A stretch of 46,725 nucleotides of DNA, taken from assembly GCF_006345805.1 (NCBI RefSeq), contig NW_021834846.1, positions 1 to 46,725 on the forward strand, read 5' to 3'. Under the pieces are notes generated by a model. That model was given only the letters and a program-made list of their open reading frames with translations. It was not told where the DNA came from and made no database searches. Origin of the DNA: Octopus sinensis. Its lineage: Eukaryota. A program made the translations under genes and the position numbers. This document shows, in pieces, positions 23,547 through 35,590 of this stretch (positions are counted from its first letter, which is position 1; each line of letters opens with the position of its first letter).

Positions 23547-25038
23547 GGGGGAAATAAATATTCGTATGTCAAAACCTTTATTATTCTAATGACATAAATG
23601 GGATATACCACTATTATATATTTGCATACAGATGCATAAACTAAGAATATGCAAAAGAAACTAATAAATTATAGTAACTAAGGAATTTATATACAATTAT
23701 AAATATTTAGGGGTGAAAAAAGTATTCGTACAGAATATAAATAACTGATAATTTTGATTTGATACTTCGTAGCATAACCATTATTCAGTTCCACTTCAAC
23801 CAATATCTTCTTGTAGTTCTTCACCAATGACTCGCATGTTTCTTTAGGAATTTTTTCCTATTCTTCTTGACAAATTTTCTTCAAATCTGTAATGCATGTT
23901 GGGGCTCTTGAATTTCAGTTTTCAAATAACGCCACAAATTTTCAATGGGGTTCAAGTCAGGTGACAGGCTTGGCCATTACAATAATTTTATATTGTGATT
24001 GACAATCCATATTTGGTAGACTTCACCGTGTGCTTAGGGCCGTTACCCTATTGTAAAACCCACCCTTCACAAAGCTGGAGCTTTTCAACAGAGTCCCATA
24101 AATTATTTTTGCAAAATATTTTGGTACATCTCTGCATTCATTCTACCATCTATCACATGTAAATTGCCAGTACCATTTGCAGAGAAACACCCCCACACCT
24201 CCAATCTTTACGGTAGGAATTGTGTTTTTACTCCAAACATGGGTAAGCGAATTTCGTCCAAACAATTCAATTTTCGTCTCGTCTGTCCATAGAACATTTT
24301 CCCAGAATGTATCAGATTTATCTTTATGTTCATAACAAATTTTAAACGGGCATCTCTATGCCTTTTAGTCAACAGAGGAGTTTTTCTAGGAGAGCGTGAC
24401 TTCAGTTCATTCCTATGAAAACTCCTTTCTGGTGATTATTGCGTTTTTTTTCCGATTCTTCGCTTCATTTTTCTTAAAGATCTTGGGGAAATCTTGCGTG
24501 GTGCTCCGGATCCTATTCTGTTTTCAACAGTTCCCGACTCCTTATATCTTTGAATAAATGAAGATATGGTAGTAAGCGGAATACAAAGTGTCTCTGATAT
24601 TTTCCTGTAACTTTTACCTACTTTCTACAGTTCAATAATTAAGTTTTTCTCTGAATTTGTGAGTTCTTTACTTTTCGCCATTATTGCGATATTACTTTAT
24701 GTTGTCTCAGTGCTGAATGAAGAAGCTAGTGTTTTGACACTCAAAAATGAAAACTGATAAGATTATTGGAATAAACAAGAAATTTCTAGTAAAAAAATAT
24801 TTTAACAGTATTTTGTGGCATAGAAAATCATACATTTATTCTATACGAATACTTTTTTCACCCCTAAATATTTATGATTGTATATAAATTCATTAGTTAC
24901 TATAATTTATTAGTTTCTTTTGCATATTCTTAGTTTATGCATCTGTATGCAAATATATAATAGTGGTATATCCCATTTATGTTCATTAGAAATTAAATAA
25001 AGAATTTTGACAGACGAATATTTATTTCCTCCCCACAG
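23544..25038 (-). mobile_element. Tc1-family DNA transposon, IR/DR type, ~200-bp TIRs, dead transposase (ATG at 24681)
   Basis: TA-flanked TIRs (23544-~23745 and ~24835-25038). Frameshifted MAKSKEL...GKSYRKISETL...SGAPRK and WPSLSPDLNPIENLW. Confidence 0.92.
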
Positions 25039-25039
25039 T

Positions 25040-25073
<34 letters not shown>

Positions 25074-25609
25074 ATCTATGTATGCATGTATAAATACGTA
25101 TGTATGTATGTATCCATGTATGTATCTATGTATGCATGTATAAATACGTATGTATGTATGTATTCGTGTATGTACACTCATTGTATGTGTTTGTAGTGAT
25201 TTTCTCAGGATAGCTCACATGGACATGACTGGGTGGGACAGAGAAGACAGAGGAACAATCTATTGGTAGAGAGATAAATTCCATCACTTCACTATTTACT
25301 TCTACATTTTCTCATTGGTCCCAAATCTTTAAAATAGGGAACTGAGAGAGGTGGGTGGGATTTTAGGAGAGGTATAACAGTCAACACAACCAATCATTTG
25401 AATGTAATCAAAATAGTGTTCTTTCTTTAATTAGCTTAACAACTGCATATTGTTTATTGTTCTTCTTACTGTTGTTGTGTAACCTTTCCTTAAGCCACTA
25501 AGACAGTATAATGTATCAGTAGAATGAAAACAATATAAACATATAAACACGGTTATATACAAAACAGAAAATGTAATGGTTTATCTTGTCATTGCCAGTG
25601 AATACTTAC

Positions 25610-25788
25610 TGCGTTGGTCGGAATAACGTCTTTAACGTCTTTTTTAAATTTTCCTTTTCTATTAGGTCCAATGGTGTTCTGCCACTTTTGTTTTTACAGT
25701 AAAAGTTGGCCCCGTGGTGGGCTAGGTAACTGGCAACCACCACGCCAGAGTACCTTTCTTCGTTTCCCAGTTTCAGCTCTTCGCAGAA
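25610..25788 (-). CDS. ANK-RING-DD gene, last ankyrin exon (not in the ORF track)
   Basis: catttgtag / GTAAGT, phase 0-2. FCEELKLGNEERYSGVVVASYLAHHGANFYCKNKSGRTPLDLIEKENLKKTLKTLFRPT resembles the final Mind bomb ankyrin segment. Confidence 0.9.
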
Positions 25789-26309
25789 CTACAAATGATG
25801 AAATATAAAATGATGAGTTAAAGATTACACAAACATATACTAAAGATGCCCCAAATTACACAACAGTTGCCCCAAATTACACAACAGTTCAACTACATTT
25901 TCACATAGTTTGTTTCCCCAGTGATTAAACTATTCACACAGCGTTGATTTCTTACATCATCTCTTAGTTGAGTCCAATTTTCATTATCATTTGTTTTTAC
26001 TTTACATTAAGAAAAAAATTATGATCATTATGTTGAACAAAACACACATTAGTGGTTAACGTTATTGCTTAACAATGATATTTAATGAGTAAATATTTAC
26101 TTGCCAATCACAAATGTCACAAACTATTCAATAAAAACACAATATAAAGTTATTATAACATCAAGTCAAATATACAAAATATAAGGAAAGAAATGTCTCA
26201 ATAATGAAAGACAACAAACCAACAAGAACCTATCTCTGCAACTGGTTTGATAGAGCCAAATGGCCATAGCAAGAGAAATACTTACGGAAGAGTATTGTAC
26301 ATATAAGTA

Positions 26310-26809
26310 CTAGCTTAAGGTGACCCGCTCTACGCGTGGGTGAGGGTGTGATTGTTACTTTCTATTGCTTCCTTTGTTTCTTATCGCCATATTCACCCTC
26401 TTTGTTCCTCTCACCTTTCTCTCTCACTTCCTCACTCTCTTACTCTTCCTTTATCTCGGACTCTCCCTCACATTCTCTTGCTTTTTATCCTTCTCTATCT
26501 ATCTATCTCCCATTTATAAAAAATTAGATTTCCGTGCTTAAATTACAAATCTTCTACTTTACCATGTTGAAAATTTGATTGAAATCGGGCAAAAGGTGTC
26601 CAATCTAAACCCCCAATTGTCCCCCAAAATCAATAAAATCCTCATTTTCACACCAAAACGACCACAGTAGCGCCCCAAAAGTCTCTCAAACAATTTCTCA
26701 CTGCAAGTTACCCCCTCTTTTAAATTGTAATCCCCTTCCAGGCCCAATTACACATCTTTTTACATAAAAATCCAATTTGTATCAACGTTCGCCTTCTTCA
26801 TTTGATAGA
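26310..26809 (-). mobile_element. Non-autonomous Helitron-like element A
   Basis: Minus-strand hairpin (26323-26341), ~10 nt, CTAG, then T. Candidate 5' TCTATC at 26809. Confidence 0.6.
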
Positions 26810-27429
26810 TTAGACATACATACCCGGCCTTGTTCGGAATTAAAATAGTTTATTATTGTTTTAATCGTTTTGGTATTATAACCCGATTTCATTCGGGTCT
26901 AAGCGGGCCACATTTTAAAAGATGAGGAATTTTGCCCTAGAGTCCATGCCTTTCAATTGAGCAAATTCGAAGTTCCAATACAAACTCGCTAGCACTTTTA
27001 ACATAGGTGTGCATATTTTTAGCACAATCCAACCACATATGCACACAGTATATATATAAATTAACACAATATATCTGTTTAATAATATCTGTTATGACTG
27101 TGCGATGGAGGTGGGCGATATTAATTCACCGTTCTAAAAGACCTGTGGCGAGAATATTTAAACTTTTGCGGTTGTCATCGCTTTCTGTCTATAGATACAG
27201 ACAGATGTACAGTGAGAGAGGGGTGCAAGAAAGAGTGACAGAGAGACATCGTTATAGAGGGATCAAAAAATCACTCTTTTTGCCATAGCAACCATCTTAT
27301 AGCTTGCGAATTTTAACCATCGCGGGTCTCATTCTCACCACGCATTTAGTATCCTTGCCTCGGTTTGGCTGCCATTAACCTCCAAAGCAAAATGTGCATA
27401 AAATTTTCGTCAAAGGACTGTCTTATAGA
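26810..27429 (-). mobile_element. Non-autonomous Helitron-like element B
   Basis: Minus-strand CCGAACAAGGCCGGG hairpin followed by CTAA (CTRR). Candidate 5' A|TCTATAAG at 27429. Confidence 0.5.
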
Positions 27430-27569
27430 TATGAATAACACCACAAATAATATAAGTTATACCAGAAAAGAGAACAGCAACAACATAGCAAGGCCTTCAG
27501 ACATAACAACTAAATCAACACCACATAGACATATCCACGCAGATCAATAATGTTTCTATAATTAAGTGG

Positions 27570-28170
27570 ATTGGAGAGAAAAACAGGGTATATAAGGCAT
27601 CGGATTTTGTGCGCAAGAGAGAAGTCTACCATGGTATGGTTATGTGATGCATATGGATGAAGATAGCTTCATCAAGAAGGGGTGATCTCTCATTGTGGAG
27701 GGAATGTGTGGAGGGGGTAGACCCAGAAAGACGTGCAATAATGTGGTGAGAAAGGACCGTCAGACGTTGGGCCTCACAGAGGGGATGAAATGGGAGCGAT
27801 ACTTTTGGCAGTCTGCTGTACTTGAGATGATATGCCAAGCTAAGTCGTCGTTGTCCTTGCATACTGTCATGACCCCTGTATCATTCTTCGTCTGAGATAT
27901 CCTAATCTTGTGGGATCATGGGTGCTGATGCTTCGGAAAAATCACCCATGCTGGTGTCACATACAAATATCCGTGTCGGTGCTGCAGAAAAGCACGCAGT
28001 ACATTATGTAAATTGGGTGGCATTAGGGAGAACGTCCAACTGTCGAAACCATGCGTAAAGAGATATGGAGCCCAGGTAGCTTTTCAGCTGACAAGCTTCT
28101 GTCAAAGCGTCGAACCCATGCCAGCTTTGAAAACAGTCAATACATTATCATGATGATGATGATGATGAAT
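27570..28170 (+). mobile_element. RTE LINE 3' fragment
   Basis: Decayed QER.L.WYG.VM.MDEDS...VEG.CG.GRPRKT...DRQTLGLTE, then a 3' UTR and a (GAT)n tail at ~28150. Confidence 0.85.
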
Positions 28171-28399
28171 TAATAAGGAAACATCTTTTGATGAAGAAAG
28201 TGAAGTAAGGGAAGTAAGAATCGGTGTCACAGTTGAGGCAGAACACCAACGCATAGTTGATAAATTGTTCAGTGTTAGTCTGATGGACTATTCCAGTGGG
28301 TGGGGAGGTCGCTGGCTGTCAGAGTAGGTTCCTCTCACCAAAGTAGACATTACAACAATACACATATGACCATCAACTGCCTGAATAGTAGTCAGCCAT

Positions 28400-28752
28400 C
28401 TGTAGTGAGCTTTATTCATATGGGAATAGCCCAATGTCATATTTCAAAACTAACGCAGCGAAAATTTTGAAAAGTTCCCCCAGTTCTGAAAAAAATCGAT
28501 AAATTCGACATGGAGTCGAGAATCTAAACTTTTTATATGCAACACATCTTCTGTCTAGAGGACGCAACTCGACCTTTTTATCGCCCAAAGGGACAGCTAG
28601 GAACATCGTATACACAGAAGTATTCGAGTGAAGAGAAGATATTGCAACCTACACACGCACCTTCGTTCCCTAGAGGGAAAGGACTAGATTGGGACTAGTC
28701 GTTGCCTACTAGGGGCTCTTACATACCGGGCAATGCCGGGCTATGCTGCTAG
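28400..28752 (+). mobile_element. Helitron 3' terminal fragment
   Basis: ...PKGTARNIVYTEVFE* (stop at 28631), hairpin CCGGGCAATGCCGGG (28726-28740), CTAG (28749-28752), then T. The left boundary is uncertain. Confidence 0.78.
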
Positions 28753-29277
28753 TATTATATAAAAGAAATGTGACAGAGAGCTGTTTCAGGCAGAATTCTT
28801 CATGGAATGGACAAGATGTATTTATTATCATGGCACCAGCACTATAAATGTTACTGTCTATCATATGAACCTCTCTTCTACCCAGTATCATTGTTAATTC
28901 AGAATAATATCTCCTGTCTTGAATAGATCATTTCTCCTTCAAATTTTGATGACCGTGTTTGTATGGCCAACATTCGAGATGGATCACCTTCTCTACCATG
29001 GAGAGGTCATGCCTTTGAGGACGGAAGGGGACGGAATAGAGAATAGTGTTTGTTACATAATAATATAACTAAGGGTTTCCATTGTGACTGGATCAGGAAA
29101 TGGTAATGGAGGATGGGGTTGGTAGGTGAGAATTGCGATACAAACAATGTCTGTTTCTGTCTGTCTTTCTCTGTCTGTTTGTCTATTTTACACACACACA
29201 GACGCACAAATGCACACACACACACACACACAACACACACACACACACACATAGTCACAAACAATGTGAAAACTTAC

Positions 29278-29487
29278 CTGATCTAACATGGTCATGTGCT
29301 CCACCTCAGAATTAAATTCTTTGGTTGCTAACGCCAGGTGCAGGCAATTATTTCCTCCATGGTTGAGAGCATTTACATTCGCACCCCTGGCTATCAGCCT
29401 CTGAATTATTCCGAGGTGACCGTTCGAAACAGCTTCAAGCAATGGTGTCCTATATTCTTTGTTCACAATTTCTAAATTCACCGAATC
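29278..29487 (-). CDS. ANK-RING-DD gene, ankyrin exon
   Basis: cctccacaaag / GTAAGT, phase 0-0, 70 codons: DSVNLEIVNKEYRTPLLEAVSNGHLGIIQRLIARGANVNALNHGGNNCLHLALATKEF... Confidence 0.9.
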
Positions 29488-29919
29488 CTTTGTGGAGGTA
29501 AAAATGGAAAATGAAAATTTACATGAAAATCAGGTTTGATATCAATGTCATTATAGTTTTCTACTGGGTACTAGATCAAACTGATCAAATACATTTGATG
29601 TTTGTCAGTGAAATAAATCTTCCATAAGGACCTTCTATAACCTGATACATGTGTGTGTTAGAGACATGATAAACATATTAAGATGTCCTACATTTGCCCC
29701 TCACTATAGTAAGTTGTAGGGCAACAGAACTAGAGTAAACACATGATTAGCAGATCAAGTCAAGTAAAGAAGAATTATGATTTCTAATGTTTACTTTTAA
29801 CGTTGCTACATTAATAAGGGGTTCATAAAACTGCTGAGCCGGTTAGCGTCCACATGCATAAAACTAATGTGCACGCAGGCACACACACATAAACATCAGT
29901 GTTACATATATAAATACAT

Positions 29920-30373
29920 ATAATGAATTGGGGAAACGGAGTTCACGAGAATATGCATCACAACGACCGTTTCGACCCATCTTGCATCGGTCGCTTGCGG
30001 GTGGGCTACTATACATGTTGTGTTGCATCCTCCAGTGCAGATGCATCTCATCGGGTGCCTTGTTTTAATGTAAAGATACCTCACTAAATATATTCAGTTT
30101 CACTTGACATGTTGTTGCTAGGAGCTTCTTGGATAACAACATGAGAGACAACAGCCTTCTGGCAACAACAACATTCCAAGCGAACCCGAATATATTTACA
30201 GAGGTATCTTCTTTAAAAGAAGACACCCGATGACATGCATCTGCACCGGAGGATGTACCACAACCAGTTATACAATATCCTACCTGCAAGGGACCGATAC
30301 AAGATGGATTGAAACAATCGTTGCGATGAATAAAATTCTCATTAACTCCATTTTCTGCTTCCTCATTCATTAT
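29920..30373. repeat. Diverged fold-back: arms 29920-30100 and 30183-30373
   Basis: The reverse complement of the left arm aligns with the right arm (CACCCGATGA(G/C)ATGCATCTGCAC(T/C)GGAGGATG...ACCGAT(G/A)CAAGATGG). The ORF track shows mirrored CICTGGC peptides on opposite strands. Confidence 0.88.
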
Positions 30374-30556
30374 AAACTGAACGAACACTGCAGAATACAT
30401 GAGGTAGATCCAGTGTCACTTATAGCTCAACTGTGGATGACATGAGGTAACCGAATCAGCGAAAGAGCTTTAAGGGGTATACTTCTAAATGTATACCCAA
30501 ATTCCAAATAATTACAAATACATACACACGCACACACACTCACACACACACACACA

Positions 30557-32450
30557 TACAGGGAAGATGATGCCTTGGACGGGAAGAATTACAGAAGTAT
30601 CAAACTATTAGATGAAGCAATGAAAATTACTGAGAGGGTCACAGACAAAATAATTAGGATGTGTGTTAGACTAGAAGAGATGCAATTTGGTTTTGTGCCA
30701 CAGCGAAGAACCTCTGATGCTATATTCCTGGTAAGGCAGCTGCAGGAGAAGTACAAAGCCAAAGATAAACTCTTGTACTGGGCCTTTGTTAAACACGGAG
30801 AAAGGCTTTGACAGGATCCCTTGATCCCTTATTTGGCGGTCACTGCAAAAACTAGGGATGGACAAATGGTTGGTGAGAGCGTTACAAGTCATGTACAGGG
30901 ATGCTGTCAGTAAGGTGAGGTTTGGCATCGTGTGTAGCAATGAATTAGGGTACAAGTAGGGGTTCACCATGGATTAGTCCTTAGCTCCTTCCTGTTTCAG
31001 AGTCCAGGTCCTCCAGGCAATAGAGGGAATTTAAGATGAACTGCTTCTAGGAGATCCCCAATGCTGATGACCTTGTTATCATAGCCGAATAACTTTCAGA
31101 ACTAGGTAAATTTTAGGTATATCAGTAAGGACTAGAACCAAAGGACCCTAAACTTAGTCTAACAAAAACCAGTCTTGGTAAGTAGGAAAGCGGACAATTC
31201 ACAAATCCCCTTAGGAAGATGGCACTGTTCGATCTGTAGAAAAAGCGTAGGTAGGAAGTTCATAAGATGTGCCCAGTGTAAGGTATGGACACATAAGTGT
31301 TGCAGCAATATCAGAGGAAGGTTAACAGGGATAATAGTTTTTTCTGTTTGGAAGGTGCACAGGTACAATAAACAGCACAAATGTAGAGAAAATAGAGCCC
31401 ATCAATTGCCAGGTAAGTAAGCTACTGGGAGTTGATAGTTTCCGCTATCTAGGTGGCCAAGTCAGGAGTGTGGTTTGTTCTTCCTTGAGTGTAGCTGCAA
31501 GAATAAGAATAAGACGTGCAAAGTTCAGAGTGATCTTAACTCTAATGGTAACAAAGAGCGTCTCCCTGAGATTGAAAGGCAGACGTTATGATGCATGTGT
31601 GTAAACAACTATGTTACATGTCAGTGAAACATGGGATGTGACCTCTCTGAGGACTTCCATAGGCTTGAAAGAAATGAAGCCAGTATGCCTCGCTGGATGT
31701 ACAATCTCAGTGTGCATGTACGACAGAGTATAGGAATCTTGAGAGAAAAGCTGAGCATTGAAGACATCAAATAGGGTGTGCAAGAGAGACGTCTGCGTTG
31801 GTATGGTCTTGCGATGTGTATGGACATGGACAGCTGTGTCAAAAAGTGCCGATCTCTAACTGTGGAAGGATCCTTTGGAAGACGGAGACCCAAGAAGACT
31901 TTCGATGAGTTGATGAAGAATGATCTCCAACCGTTGGACATCATAGAGGAGATGACAAGTGACCGAGAGCCCTGGTGATATTCTCTGCGGGAGAGGACAT
32001 GTCAGGCCAAGTGACGATAAGGATGTGGTCGTGCCAGTGTCCTATAAGTGGCAGCCGTGCATCATAGCCGTGGCTGTTCGCTTCCGGTGCCATGTCAATG
32101 AAACCTGGGTATCATAGTTGTGGTCACCGATGGTGCCATGTAAATTGGCACCTGGGAATTATCGTCGTTGGTGGTGCCATTTAAATGGCAACCATCCGTG
32201 AATCGTAGTCGTGGCCATTGTCGGTGTCATGCAAGTGGCACCCGTGCCGGTGGCATGTGAAACGCCAATTACACACCAGGGGTGGTTGGCATTAGGAAGG
32301 ACATCAAGCTGTAGAAACTATGCCAAATCAGACAGGAACGTGGGGCAGCTCACCGACTCATAATCTCCTGTCAAACCAGCCGACACATGCCAGTATGGTG
32401 AGTGGATGTTAAATGATGATAATGATGACGATGATGGTGATGACGATGAT
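30557..32450 (+). mobile_element. 5'-truncated decayed RTE LINE (RT domain, PHD-like Cys/His motif, 3' UTR, (GAT)n tail)
   Basis: NYRSIKLL...EMQFGFVP...DAIFLVRQLQEK, VGVHHGLVLS, ADDL, CSICRK..CAQCKVWTHKCC, QERRLRWYG...GRRRPKKT. Confidence 0.9.
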
Positions 32451-32517
32451 GGCTATAACGCACAAATAGAGACATAGACATACACAAATATGAAAATAAC
32501 AATCAAAATTATCATTG

Positions 32518-32553
<36 letters not shown>

Positions 32554-32713
32554 TATACATGTGTATATTTAGGGCTAAAAACCACTATGTGGACAGCCAT
32601 GTGCTAGAAGAAGATCACATACGATCTAACCATAAATCCATGCATCTCCAGTACATATATATATATGTATGTATATGTCTCTCTCTATACAAATATATAG
32701 ACATATACATATA

Positions 32714-32761
<48 letters not shown>

Positions 32762-32766
32762 ATAAC

Positions 32767-32797
<31 letters not shown>

Positions 32798-32919
32798 CAT
32801 ATATATAATGTATATATATATACATATATATATATATACATATATATATATGTATATATATATAATATTATATATACATATATTATATGTATATATATAT
32901 ACATATATATATATACATA

Positions 32920-33359
32920 ATTGGTGAATTGAGAATGGAGCTGAACGCAGATGAAAGAAATCGTTTTATTCATTCTACACGTGTTTCGAAAGCACAAATT
33001 ACCAAAATCCGATTGAATAATGGGACCTATGTGTATTTCTTCAGGAAGAAAAAAGGAAATCCGTTGGAAAAACAAAAAACAGAACAGAGGCAGAGCAAAA
33101 AACAAATCGAACTGTGCTCCTAAGAGCCCATGGCGAAACTCCGTTTCGCCATGGGTCTTAGGAGCACAGTTCGATTTGTTTTTGCTCTGCCTCTGTTCTG
33201 TTTTGTTTTTCCAAGGATTTCCTTTTTTCTTCCTGAAGAGAAAGACACAATATGGTCCCATTATTCAATCGGATTTGGTATTTGTGCCTTTCGAAACATG
33301 TAGAATGAATAAAACGATTCGTTCAATCTGCGTTCAGCCCATTTCTTCAATTCACCAAT
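32920..33359. repeat. ~440-bp near-perfect palindrome (220/217-bp arms, 3-nt loop at 33140-33142)
   Basis: Centre CCCATGGCGAAAC-TCC-GTTTCGCCATGGG. The arms pair out to ATTGGTGAA / TTCACCAAT. Confidence 0.95.
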
Positions 33360-33571
33360 AATGTTTTAATTTCAATTATCCGCACCAACGCACGGTTGCA
33401 ACGCCAGATGGTTGTACCCCAACCGTGCTGTTCACTGCTGTGATTTTGCTACTAAGGTATCGGTTAAACTTTTGATTAATCTACTACAAGATTATTCATC
33501 TTTCTATTTCACATATATATATACATATATATATATGTATATATATATACATATATATATATATACATATA

Positions 33572-33606
<35 letters not shown>

Positions 33607-33854
33607 CATACATAATTATATATATATACATATTATATATATATACATATATATATATGTAGATATATATACATATATATATGTATATATATATACATAT
33701 AATATATATAATATATATATATAGGTATATATATATATACATATATATATACTTATATATTATATATATATATATACTTATATATATAATATATATATAT
33801 ATAGATATGTATCTATGTCTATAATATATACATAGTGTATGTATGTATGTATGT

Positions 33855-34355
33855 ATGGATGTCAGACCTTGACTACTGGGGTAGACTAGAGAAGTTGAAA
33901 TTCTATTCACTCCAACGATGCCGTGAACGCTACATTATCTGTATGATGTGGAAAATATTCCATCAGCACTGTCCGAATGATGTTGGCATCACCTTCAAAA
34001 TACATCCAAGGCTTGGACCACGTGCCATCCGTCACACAAAAATCTAAATCGCATCACATAACGACAATACGGCACAAACTATTTCACCTCAATTGGACCC
34101 GCTCTCTTCAACATTACACCAGGACACGTCAAAAAAGAAACTGACCACACAAAATCAAGAAGTCTTTGGACAAATTCCTTCAAACAGTCCCGGACAAACC
34201 ACCCACACTCGGATATGTCTCCGCAAACAATAACTCTCTGCTCGAATGGGCCTTGGTGCCCAAATCCTGAACTGAAAGACTTCGCCAGGTGGTGCTATTA
34301 AGTTAGACATGGCTTGGGCCAATACTGGCCAAAACCTTTCTAAGTTATTCTAAGT
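33855..34355 (+). mobile_element. CR1/L2-group LINE 3' fragment (a different family from 5596-6083)
   Basis: [28 protein letters not shown], then GPALFN...KKSLDKFL..VPDKP..GYVSANNNSLLEW. Confidence 0.8.
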
Positions 34356-34399
34356 ATGTATGTATATTATTTACACAGAAATGAGTACAACACACCCAT

Positions 34400-34602
34400 A
34401 CATATATACATGGTTGTAGAATAAGAAGCTTTTTTCCCAACCATACACGGTTCTACGTTGAATCCCTCTGCATGCAAACTCAGGCAAGTATATTCCACTC
34501 TTACCTAGAGCTGAACAAAATCTTGTTAGTGGATTTGGTAAATGAAAACTGAAAGAAGCTTCATAATAGCTGTGTGCCTATGTATGTGTGTGTGTGAGTG
34601 TT

Positions 34603-34673
<71 letters not shown>

Positions 34674-34800
34674 TAGTTCAGCAAAGAGGCTGAAAGGATA
34701 AGTGGTATGCTTAAAATAATAAAAGTACTGGGATCGATACAGTAGACCAAAAATTCAAGGTGATGCCCCAGCATGACCGCAGTCAAATGCCTGAAACAAT
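34400..34800 (+). mobile_element. Degenerate SINE, family 1
   Basis: GTGGATTTGGTAAATGAAAACTGAAAGAAGC, (TG)n, CCCCAGCATGACCGCAGTCAAATG. Confidence 0.7.
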
Positions 34801-34810
34801 TAATATATAT

Positions 34811-34863
<53 letters not shown>

Positions 34864-35131
34864 TCTGTTATATTTTGGTTCATCTCATAATAACCTTGTT
34901 TTATTTCACTATTAAAGATATTATTATCAGTGGTGGTGGTCAGTTGGACAGTCAACACCGCTAATATCAACATCAACATGATCAATATACAATTCCTCCA
35001 CAAACACAAGGCTTTTGTAGTACATGTGATTAAATCTATTCCCATTATTTTACTGGTACCTTGATGATATTTATATTATACAGATCAATATAATACTGGA
35101 GAGTGTATATAATATGTATTTATTAACTAAC

Positions 35132-35168
35132 CTGCTTCAGCATCGCACACACCACTTTATATTTTCGC
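35132..35168 (-). CDS. ANK-RING-DD gene, 37-bp micro-exon
   Basis: tactttcag / GTTAGT, phase 2-0. (E)RKYKVVCAMLKQ is exactly the phase bridge needed between the flanking ankyrin exons. Confidence 0.82.
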
Positions 35169-35419
35169 CTGAAAGTAATGGATGAGGAAAGAAAAACATG
35201 AAAAAAAAGCAAACATCACACATCTTGAGATAATAGTTATTAGGTCATTAAAGAAAACAAATGTAATTAGATCACAATAACTTAATTACAGCAATTATTA
35301 CACACATACTCACACACACATATATATTTATTCAATACACACTCTACACAGTAGAACAATGATATATACACACCTGAGTAAACCCAGAAATGTAAAGACA
35401 GGAAAAATACTGCTAAGAA

Positions 35420-35590
35420 TTCTGACAGCTTATATAAACATGAAATTTAGGAAGGAAAGAAGGGCTACAGGTAATCATATGAACCCCAGTACATGACTGG
35501 TATTGTATTTTATCAACCTTGCAAAGATGGAAGGAGAAGTTGACATTGGCAGGATTTGAACTCTGAACGTAAAGAGTCGTAAATAAAATA
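35420..35590 (-). mobile_element. Degenerate SINE, family 2
   Basis: CCCAGTACATGACTGGTA...TTTTATCAACC...GGATTTGAACTCTGAACGTAAAG is the reverse complement of the 18516 element type. Confidence 0.6.
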
